Shown here: one piece after another, positions 17,022 through 24,453 of the stretch
How the letters are laid out: the number at the start of each line of letters is the position of its first letter
Position numbering within the stretch: position 1 is the first letter of the stretch
Source of the DNA: Eubacteriales bacterium
GTDB lineage: Bacteria > Bacillota > Clostridia > Oscillospirales > CAG-272
Assembly: GCA_045594445.1 (NCBI GenBank)
Contig: JAZNYL010000111.1
Span: 10,087-74,086 of the forward strand
DNA: 64,000 nt
Direction of reading: 5' to 3'
Made by a program: the position numbers and the translations under genes
The notes under the pieces: model-generated
Databases searched by the model: none
What the model was told of the DNA's origin: nothing
What the model saw: the letters and a program-made list of their open reading frames with translations, nothing else

Positions 17022-18083
17022 TTAGTTTACGGGCAATACACTTGTTTGATATGCGGAAATCGAAAACTGCAACGGATATGCAACACGATAGGATTTCACT
17101 ACGTTACCGTCACTGTCCACGTCCACATACGTAATATTCATCACGGTAAGCAAATCATCAAAGTTCAGATCCTCTTTGGAAAAGCTTTCACCGTAATTTT
17201 GCTTCAAATGGTCAAGCAGCACTACCCAATGGATGACAAATTCCGTGCGCCAGCCAACCTGATTGTTAAATTCCTTGCGGACACCGTTATTGGTACGTGT
17301 GCCACCCATCACATCGAAGGAATCACCACCGTCCGAGGTGGCAAATCGGGTATTTTGAGTATCCTCTCCGTCAAAGGTCGCTCCCACGTAGATCACCCCA
17401 CGCGGATGCGGACCAAAAGAATACTGCACGGGTGCAGGCGCCCCTTCCTCTTGACCAAGTCCGCCAATATCCAATGAGATTGTAAAATGATCTCCGAGTG
17501 TTGGAAAACTATCTGAGTTGAACGAATTATCTTCAGATTCCACGAGCGTTTCATCATTGACCGCAAATGCAAAGTATACAAAGTTGGTGTCCGCAGCCAT
17601 GTACATGACAAAGCCGTCCTGCTCCGTCAACTCTCCTTGGTTGGCAACTAAATTGTTTTGATCAAAAACGTCGTGATAATATGCGCAATCAAGTTCCTGC
17701 CAGTCCTCTAACGTAATCGAATTCATCGGCAAAAGAAGCTTGATCGGAGCAGTATGATGGGGCAAAGCATTCAGCTCAAATCCTATGTCGGTATATACGG
17801 GCTCAGTTTCCGGGGGTGACGTGGTATTCCAAGCCGTACCGTATTCCGTTTCGATCTCATAAGGCGGCGTGGTCTGGATTTCAACCGTCCCCCAAGGCTC
17901 GATCGGATCGATCGCAACGTATTCCGATTCATATACGTCTACCGGTGGCTCAACGTAGCCGTAATCATATTCATTCCGAATGCCTTCAAACAGCTCGGCA
18001 ACAAGGCCGTTGCCCACGTCACAGGAGGTTAAGACCGTCATACAAAGCGCGGTCAGAAGTAAAATCGTGATCGTTTTTTTCAT
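17022..18083 (-). CDS. Acidic lipoprotein with a CBM9-like domain; paralogue 4 of 4
   Basis: Lipobox ...VLTS|CDVGNGLVAEL, then AIDPIEPWGTVEIQTTPP. The CBM9-like pattern is DGFVMYMAADTNFVYFAFAVNDETL...GDHFTISLDIGG...GWRTEFVIHW. Confidence 0.8.
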   Translation of the reverse strand: MKKTITILLLTALCMTVLTSCDVGNGLVAELFEGIRNEYDYGYVEPPVDVYESEYVAIDPIEPWGTVEIQTTPPYEIETEYGTAWNTTSPPETEPVYTDIGFELNALPHHTAPIKLLLPMNSITLEDWQELDCAYYHDVFDQNNLVANQGELTEQDGFVMYMAADTNFVYFAFAVNDETLVESEDNSFNSDSFPTLGDHFTISLDIGGLGQEEGAPAPVQYSFGPHPRGVIYVGATFDGEDTQNTRFATSDGGDSFDVMGGTRTNNGVRKEFNNQVGWRTEFVIHWVVLLDHLKQNYGESFSKEDLNFDDLLTVMNITYVDVDSDGNVVKSYRVAYPLQFSISAYQTSVLPVN

Positions 18084-18115
18084 GGCGATTGCCTCCTTTC
18101 ATTTTTTTACTATAT

Positions 18116-18829
18116 TCAGATTTTTGCTTTTTTGATTCTTCTCTTCATCTTGGCAAGGTCGCGCAGCATCTTGAGCGTATCACGCACCAAGTTGACCGAC
18201 GACTCGCGGTGATTGATGATCTTGACCGGGATTTCGTGAATGGTCATGCCGTACTTGACCGCCCACAAAATGGCCTCAAAATCAAAGGCGAAGCGATCCA
18301 CCTCACATCTCGGGAAGATCTTTTTGACCGCGTCGCCCGTAAACGCCTTACAGCCGCACTGGGAGTCGGACAGCTTGAAGCCGCCTGCCAGGCAAAGCAC
18401 CTTGATATAGGTCTTGCTGGCCAGCTTACGGATGGGGGTATAGCCCTCGTAGCCATCCTTGGAGAGGTTGCGCGATCCGATGACCATATCCGCCTCGGGA
18501 TGCTCCAAAAACGCGTCGCGCACGCGCGCGATCACGTCGGTGCCATAGGCAAGGTCGGCGTCGGTGAACATGACGTAGTCGCCCTTGGCAGCAAGCATTG
18601 CGGTACGGACAGCGTAGCCCTTGCCGCGATTCTGCTCGTAGCCCACGACGCGCACGCAAGGCAGGTGCATCTGCTCTACCAGCTTGTCACAGCCGTCCTT
18701 GGAGCCGTCGTTGGAGAAAATGATCTCGTAATCGTCAAAATTCGCCTGCATATAGTCGGACAGCTGACGCGCGGTGTCCTCGATGATGCTCGACTCGTTA
18801 TACATGGGAATGCAAAGTGAAAATTTCAT
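18116..18829 (-). CDS. Family 2 glycosyltransferase (polyprenyl/dolichyl-phosphate hexosyltransferase-like)
   Basis: LCIPMYNESSII...IIFSNDGSKDG...GKGYAVRTAM...FTDADL is a GT2 (GT-A) DxD-type pattern, closest in feel to DPM1/ALG5/GtrB-type enzymes. No TM segment. Confidence 0.85.
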   Translation of the reverse strand: MKFSLCIPMYNESSIIEDTARQLSDYMQANFDDYEIIFSNDGSKDGCDKLVEQMHLPCVRVVGYEQNRGKGYAVRTAMLAAKGDYVMFTDADLAYGTDVIARVRDAFLEHPEADMVIGSRNLSKDGYEGYTPIRKLASKTYIKVLCLAGGFKLSDSQCGCKAFTGDAVKKIFPRCEVDRFAFDFEAILWAVKYGMTIHEIPVKIINHRESSVNLVRDTLKMLRDLAKMKRRIKKAKI

Positions 18830-18849
18830 GATCTATCACATCCTTTGGT

Positions 18850-19671
18850 TTATTTTCTGTAGATATAAAGCAGCATGTCCACCTCTGTCGTTAAGGTGTC
18901 CAAGGCTTGCAGCTTTGCCTTGTCGTCTTGGCTTGTGCGCCAGTAGTAGGGCGTCATGGAAAACAGCGCCTCGATGTCATCCTGCCCCTTGACCGTGATC
19001 TCAAAGGTCGCGCGTCTTGTTTCCACCAACGAAAGCGTTGTGGGCAGGTCGGCGCGCTCGGCATTTTCATAGGTGTTTTCGTACATGGCGCGCTTAAGCC
19101 CCATCAGATGCTGCTTGCCCGCTCCCAAAAGGAATAAGTATCCGCCATCCTTCAACACGCGGGCGTATTCCTGCTCGGCACAGGGCGCGAAGATATTGAG
19201 CACTCCGTCAGCGCACGCGTCGGACACCGGCATGGTATATACCGAAGCCACGGCATAGGCCGCGTTGTCAAGCCCTTGCAGGCTTGCATCTTTGGCGGCA
19301 CGCGCGCAGCCGAATTTGGAAAGGTCAAAGCCCAGCATGCGGTATCCCTGCTCTGCTATGCGGTTGGAATACCACCCTTGCCCACAGCCTGCGTCGATCA
19401 ACGCTGCTCCCTTTGGCAAATAGTCATGCACCACCTGCTCCAGCACCTCTGCGGCGGGCGCGTAATAGCCTTTTCCCAGAAAGCTTGTCCTTGCGGCAAT
19501 GGCCTCCTTAGAGTCGCCCCCGGGCATATGCCCCGTGGCAAGGTTGACGTACCCCTCCTTGGCCACGTCAAATTTATGCTTGCCGCCCAGGCAGCAAAGC
19601 ACTTTTCCCTCGATCTGCACGCCGTTTTTGCACACGGGGCAGATCAATTTATCCGTCAGATTCTTTAACAT
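18850..19671 (-). CDS. rlmA: 23S rRNA (guanine-N1)-methyltransferase RlmA-like SAM-dependent methyltransferase
   Basis: The N-terminal Zn-finger pattern is LICPVCKNG...CCLGGKHKFDVAKEGYVNL, followed by the SAM motif IDAGCGQGWY. Confidence 0.75.
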   Translation of the reverse strand: MLKNLTDKLICPVCKNGVQIEGKVLCCLGGKHKFDVAKEGYVNLATGHMPGGDSKEAIAARTSFLGKGYYAPAAEVLEQVVHDYLPKGAALIDAGCGQGWYSNRIAEQGYRMLGFDLSKFGCARAAKDASLQGLDNAAYAVASVYTMPVSDACADGVLNIFAPCAEQEYARVLKDGGYLFLLGAGKQHLMGLKRAMYENTYENAERADLPTTLSLVETRRATFEITVKGQDDIEALFSMTPYYWRTSQDDKAKLQALDTLTTEVDMLLYIYRK

Positions 19672-20273
19672 CAGCCATCACTCCGTTCTCTTCCCACCAA
19701 GGCAAGATATTCGTCGTAGGACAAGAGCAATCGCAAAGCGTCCAGCAGCGCGTTGGCGGTCATGTCCGCGGGCAGGCCACAGGCCTTTGCAATTTCTGCA
19801 CGGCGGGCTTTACTGTCCGTACCGCCCGAAAGGCCGTCCAGAAAGAAATCGGTCTTGGAGAGCGGATTTTCGCGGTAACGCTCGGCCGCATCTCCCTTGG
19901 CATAAGGTGCAAGCAGGTCGTAAAGCAGCTCTGCATCCATACCCTCCACGCCAAGCAGTCCTTGTGCACCCGGCGCTTGCTTGCGGCGCTCCTTGCCTTT
20001 GATCTGCGGGATATACAGCTGGATCAGCCTGTCCTTGGGGATCAGGCCCGAGATATGCGAGCGGATGACCTTACCGCCGCCGTCGCTATCGGTCAGCACA
20101 ATGATCATGCTGCGCTGTGCAAGCCTTTGCAAAAGGCTTGCAATCTCCGAATTTTTGAATACGCCGAATCCACCCGTGGAAATGATCTGCCCCTCGACGA
20201 TCGAGGACAGCTTGATCTTATCATATTTCCCTTCCACGATGATGGGATACGGGATCACAAGCCTTTCCATCAT
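19671..20273 (-). CDS. Toprim-domain protein (RNase M5-like / DUF4093-like)
   Basis: IIVEGKYDKIKL...IIVLTDSDGGGKVIR shows the Toprim E...DxD pattern. Confidence 0.75.
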   Translation of the reverse strand: MMERLVIPYPIIVEGKYDKIKLSSIVEGQIISTGGFGVFKNSEIASLLQRLAQRSMIIVLTDSDGGGKVIRSHISGLIPKDRLIQLYIPQIKGKERRKQAPGAQGLLGVEGMDAELLYDLLAPYAKGDAAERYRENPLSKTDFFLDGLSGGTDSKARRAEIAKACGLPADMTANALLDALRLLLSYDEYLALVGRERSDG

Positions 20274-20282
20274 AAATACCTC

Positions 20283-21161
20283 TTAAAGTAAACTCATCAA
20301 AAGCACCGCCGCACCAAGCAAAATGCGATAAACGCCAAACGGCGCAAAGCCGTGGCGGGCGGAAAAATCCATCAGAAATCGGATGGTCAGGCGCGAGGTG
20401 ACGTACGCAACCGCACCTGCGACCAGCAAAACAAGCGCTGCCTCGTACGGCATGCGCAGATGATTCTGCAGCAGGAATTTAGCAAAGCCAAGTGCCTTGA
20501 GCCCCGACGCGCCGAGCATGACCGGCACAGCCATGAAAAAGGAAAACTCTGCAGCCGCCTTGCGCGAAAGCCCCAGCAGCATACCGCCAAGGATGGTGGA
20601 GCCCGAGCGCGACGTGCCGGGTATCAGCGACAGCATCTGAAACGCGCCCACACCAAGTGCGGTGGCAAAAGGCATTTGCTCCGGCTCGGTCACGCGCGGC
20701 ATCTTGCCCTTACGCATCTTTTCTACGACAATGAACAGCACACCGTAAAAGATCAGCATACAGGCCACGACCGCGGACGTATATAACAGAGCGTCCATAT
20801 CCTTGCCTGTGACCTTTTCCAATACTTCATCCAGCACAACGCCCGCAAGCCCCGCGGGAATACATCCCACCAAGGCGCGCGACCAAAGGCTGATCGCCAA
20901 TTTCTTTTTCTCGCGACTCTCCCTCACGGGAAACAGCCGCTTTGCATAGGTGGTGACAACCGCCAGAATCGCGCCAAGCTGTATGGCAACCAAAAAGAAT
21001 TCCGAGAATTGTGCGTCAAACTGCGGGTGCACGTCCGTTCCCACGTTTAAGGCAAGCAGATCCTCAAGCAGGATCAGATGCCCCGTGGAACTGACAGGCA
21101 ACCATTCGGTCACGCCCTCAAGAATGCCGTAAAGCAACGATTTGAGCAGGTTTATCCCCAT
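20283..21161 (-). CDS. uppP: Undecaprenyl-diphosphate phosphatase
   Basis: LEGVTEWLPVSSTGHLILLE...PGTSRSGSTI are BacA/UppP signatures. Confidence 0.9.
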   Translation of the reverse strand: MGINLLKSLLYGILEGVTEWLPVSSTGHLILLEDLLALNVGTDVHPQFDAQFSEFFLVAIQLGAILAVVTTYAKRLFPVRESREKKKLAISLWSRALVGCIPAGLAGVVLDEVLEKVTGKDMDALLYTSAVVACMLIFYGVLFIVVEKMRKGKMPRVTEPEQMPFATALGVGAFQMLSLIPGTSRSGSTILGGMLLGLSRKAAAEFSFFMAVPVMLGASGLKALGFAKFLLQNHLRMPYEAALVLLVAGAVAYVTSRLTIRFLMDFSARHGFAPFGVYRILLGAAVLLMSLL

Positions 21162-21171
21162 TTATCTCCTA

Positions 21172-22473
21172 TCAGAGCGAATCGGGTCTGCGCTTGTCAA
21201 AGCCCTTGGGGCTACCTGCGCGCATGATGTCGCCCTCGCGTATTTCAAAGGGTACGCGGCACCAGAAAATCATGGAAGGATGCGGTGCTGCGGGAATGGC
21301 CGTGCCGTCCGCGGCATAAAGCTCGCAAACGTCAAAGCCGCGGCCGATCTTGCCGGGCGAGATAATCTCAGCGCCCTCGCCTGTGCTGACCTTGTTTCTC
21401 TGCACGAAGCGGTAAAGGGTTCCCTGCTTTGTTTGCATGGGCACGCCTGCCGCCGCCAGCGCATCTGCTTCCTCTTGATTATATTCCACGGCCGTTGCAA
21501 AATATGCCTTTTCGCGCATATATCCGCACTCGCCAAGCAGCTGGGGATTGTTCATGGGATCATCCAGATAAAAGCCCGTGCCGTAGGTGCGGTGAGAGAC
21601 GCTCTCCAGTTCGGAAAGCCACTCGGGATTGAATTCGTATTTCTCGGGGTCTGCCGTATAGGCGTCCATGGCCATACGATACACGTTGGTGACCACGGCG
21701 GCATAGTACGCGCTCTTCATTCTGCCCTCGATCTTGAAGGAGTCAATGCCGCTCTGCATCAGCTGCGGGATGCAATCAATGGTGCACATATCCTTGGAGG
21801 ACATGATAAACGTGCCAAGCTCGTTCTGCTCGATCGGAATGGGCATTTCGGGCCTTTTTTCCTCCACCAGCACGTAATTCCATCTGCATGGCTGCGAGCA
21901 GGTGCCGCGATTGCCGTCTCGGCCGTTGAGCGCGTTGGCGAGCAGGCATCTGCCGCTGTAAGAAACGCACATCGAGCCGTGCACAAAGGCCTCCAGCTCT
22001 ACGTCCGCAGGCAGAGCCGCGCGAATAGCCGCGATCTCGGAAAAGCTCAGCTCACGCGCAAGCACCAGTCTCTTTGCGCCAAGCGCTGCCCACGCGCATG
22101 CAGCCGCGGGGCTGATAATGCTTGCCTGCGTGGAGATATGGATCTCCATATCGGGCAAAATTTCCTTGACTGTGGCCAAAACGCCCATGTCGGCTACGAT
22201 CATGGCGTCAATGCCGAAGTCCTTGATTTCATATAAAAATTTGCGCAAGAGCGGGTATTCCGCGGTGCGCGGCATGGTGTTGACCGTCAGGTACAGCTTT
22301 TTGCCGCGCGCGTGGGTATATTCCACCGCTTCTTTGAGTTGATCGTTTGTAAAGTTATCTGCCGCAGAACGCATGCCAAACATCTGTCCTGCGCAATACA
22401 CGGCGTCCGCACCGTAAAGCAGCGCCGCCTTGAGTTTTTCAAAATTCCCCGCGGGGGATAAAAGCTCGGGCAT
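21172..22473 (-). CDS. Peptidase U32 family protein
   Basis: MPELLSPAGNFEKLKAALLYGADAVY...E(A)FVHGSMCVSYSGRCLLS-like block is typical of the U32 family. Confidence 0.9.
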   Translation of the reverse strand: MPELLSPAGNFEKLKAALLYGADAVYCAGQMFGMRSAADNFTNDQLKEAVEYTHARGKKLYLTVNTMPRTAEYPLLRKFLYEIKDFGIDAMIVADMGVLATVKEILPDMEIHISTQASIISPAAACAWAALGAKRLVLARELSFSEIAAIRAALPADVELEAFVHGSMCVSYSGRCLLANALNGRDGNRGTCSQPCRWNYVLVEEKRPEMPIPIEQNELGTFIMSSKDMCTIDCIPQLMQSGIDSFKIEGRMKSAYYAAVVTNVYRMAMDAYTADPEKYEFNPEWLSELESVSHRTYGTGFYLDDPMNNPQLLGECGYMREKAYFATAVEYNQEEADALAAAGVPMQTKQGTLYRFVQRNKVSTGEGAEIISPGKIGRGFDVCELYAADGTAIPAAPHPSMIFWCRVPFEIREGDIMRAGSPKGFDKRRPDSL

Positions 22474-22563
22474 GTTGACCCCTCCTATGTGATATCATGG
22501 GAATGACACGTCCTTATCTATATAGACGCGAAAATTCCGAAAATGTTCCGTTTTTGAGTAAAA

Positions 22564-23019
22564 TTATTTTAGATTTTCCTTTTCCTGCTGCTTTTTTTCC
22601 TTTGCTCTTTGAATGGCAGGGCCGATGACCTGGGTATATACGATCACGCCCACCAGCAAACAAAGTGTCAGGCAAGGCCACAGGATATAGCCCTTGGGCG
22701 TCAGAATCAGCACTAAAATAAAGGTCAGGAGCGAAAGGCCGAACAGGGTGCACAGAAGCAGGGTGATCAGATTACGCTTCTTCTGCTGCTTGGCGCGATA
22801 AGCCTTGACCTCATCGTTTTCGTGGCTCGCTCCGTTTGCCGCTTGCTTTTCAAGGCGGTCAAGCTCCTTGGCGTACTGCTCGTACAGCGCATCCGCATCG
22901 CGGTAGCCGTGAATCTTTTGCAGCAGCGAGAGCGAGCGGTAGTATTCGTGCACCGCATAGGGCGCGGGCTCGGTTGCATCGGTGTAAATCTGTAACTTTT
23001 CGTCTTCGGTATAAGTCAT
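22564..23019 (-). CDS. Hypothetical membrane protein
   Basis: I placed the start at the ATG at 23019 (AAGGAG RBS 6 nt upstream) rather than the track's 23082. The protein has a soluble N-terminal part, two hydrophobic helices and a Lys/Glu-rich tail. Confidence 0.6.
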   Translation of the reverse strand: MTYTEDEKLQIYTDATEPAPYAVHEYYRSLSLLQKIHGYRDADALYEQYAKELDRLEKQAANGASHENDEVKAYRAKQQKKRNLITLLLCTLFGLSLLTFILVLILTPKGYILWPCLTLCLLVGVIVYTQVIGPAIQRAKEKKQQEKENLK

Positions 23020-23104
23020 GTGACACTCCTTACAAAAAAGCATACTTTTTTTGATTATAACATATTTTGAAGAAATTCTCAAGGGGTTTGGGCAAATATC
23101 CTTG

Positions 23105-23145
23105 CAAAAGAAAAGGCCCGAATTCCAAAGGATTTTGGAATTCGG
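23105..23145 (-). terminator. Rho-independent terminator after the transporter gene
   Basis: CCGAATTCCAAA GGAT TTTGGAATTCGG is a 12-bp stem (23118-23145), followed on the minus strand by CCTTTTCTTTTG. Confidence 0.75.
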
Positions 23146-23153
23146 ACTATGAT

Positions 23154-24314
23154 TTACAGAATCAGCAATGCGACGGCGCAGAGCACGATGACAAAGCCGA
23201 AGTTGAAGGCTGTGAACTTGGCAAGATACGAGCCTGCCTTGCCGGGATTGTGCGCGCAGTACTCGCGGAATGTGATCAGCGAGGCAAGGGACGCGATCAG
23301 CGTGCCTGCACCGCCGATATTGACGCCTAAGAGCAGCGCGGGATAATCGGCTGTGAACTGCGAGAGCAGAATGGCCGAGGGCACGTTACTGATGACCTGG
23401 CAGGAAAGCACCGAGAAGATCAGCGTGTTCTTTTCCAAAAGGCCGCTCATCAAGGTGCTGACGGCGGGAATGCGCGCCATGTTGCCGGCAAACACAAAGA
23501 AGCAGACAAACGTGCCAAGCAAACCGTAGTCCACGTCTGCAAGCGCCTTGCGGTCCAAGAACAGCAGGGCTGCCGTGATCACGATCAGTCCAAGCCAATA
23601 AGGCACGATGCGGAATACCACCACAAGCGCAAGCGCGAACAGCACAAGATAGATGACAGTGCGGCCGACGGGCAGCGTGCTCTCCCCTTCTGCGGGCATT
23701 TCAAGCTTGATGCCGGGCAGGCACAAACAGCAAATGGTAATCAGCGCGATGGCTGCTGCAAACGGGATGGCCATAATGCTCATGAATTCACCCGTGGGGA
23801 TATTAAAAAAGCTGTAAAGGTAAAGGTTTTGCGGATTGCCGAAGGGTGTCAGCATGCCGCCGAGGTTGGCTGCGATGTTTTGCATGATGAACACGAACGC
23901 CATATATTTCTGCATACCGGTATAGCTAAGCACAAAAAAGCCGAGCGGCAGGAAGGTCAGAAGCGCCATGTCGTTGCTGATCAGCATCGAGCCGATAAAG
24001 GTGATCCACACCAAGGCCAGCACCGCCATGCGCAAAGATCCTGTGCACTGCACGATCTTACGTGCCAGCACTGTGAAAAAGCGGATATTCTTGAGCGCAC
24101 ACACTACAGCCAGCGTACAGAACAGACAGGTCAGCGTTTTGAGGTCAAAATAACCGAGATAAGCCGCGTCCGGGGGCACGATGACCGACGTGACGGCAGC
24201 ACATGCAAGCGCGATCAGCAGTACGACGTTCTTCTTGGCAAACGCACCTGCTTTGCGCAGCGTGTCTTGTGGATGTATGACAAACCGAGGATGCAATCTT
24301 TGTTGAATCATCAC
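23154..24314 (-). CDS. Anion permease of the ArsB/NhaD (YbiR/CitMHS-like) superfamily
   Basis: 386 aa with more than 10 TM segments and a GNPQNLYLYSFF motif typical of this permease superfamily. Substrate unknown. Confidence 0.7.
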   Translation of the reverse strand: MMIQQRLHPRFVIHPQDTLRKAGAFAKKNVVLLIALACAAVTSVIVPPDAAYLGYFDLKTLTCLFCTLAVVCALKNIRFFTVLARKIVQCTGSLRMAVLALVWITFIGSMLISNDMALLTFLPLGFFVLSYTGMQKYMAFVFIMQNIAANLGGMLTPFGNPQNLYLYSFFNIPTGEFMSIMAIPFAAAIALITICCLCLPGIKLEMPAEGESTLPVGRTVIYLVLFALALVVVFRIVPYWLGLIVITAALLFLDRKALADVDYGLLGTFVCFFVFAGNMARIPAVSTLMSGLLEKNTLIFSVLSCQVISNVPSAILLSQFTADYPALLLGVNIGGAGTLIASLASLITFREYCAHNPGKAGSYLAKFTAFNFGFVIVLCAVALLIL

Positions 24315-24402
24315 AAAATCCTTTCGCCCTGTAAAATTTCACAACGAGAGAAATTATACTACAACGCATCCCGGATGTCAAGAGCTTTTTGCTAAAAAAT
24401 GC

Positions 24403-24435
24403 AAAAAACATCCGTGCACCAATCGGTGCACGGAT
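24403..24435 (-). terminator. Rho-independent terminator after ispH-S1
   Basis: ATCCGTGCACC AATC GGTGCACGGAT is an 11-bp stem (24410-24435), followed on the minus strand by TTTTTTG. Confidence 0.8.
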
Positions 24436-24453
24436 ACTTTTGCTTATGTAAGA

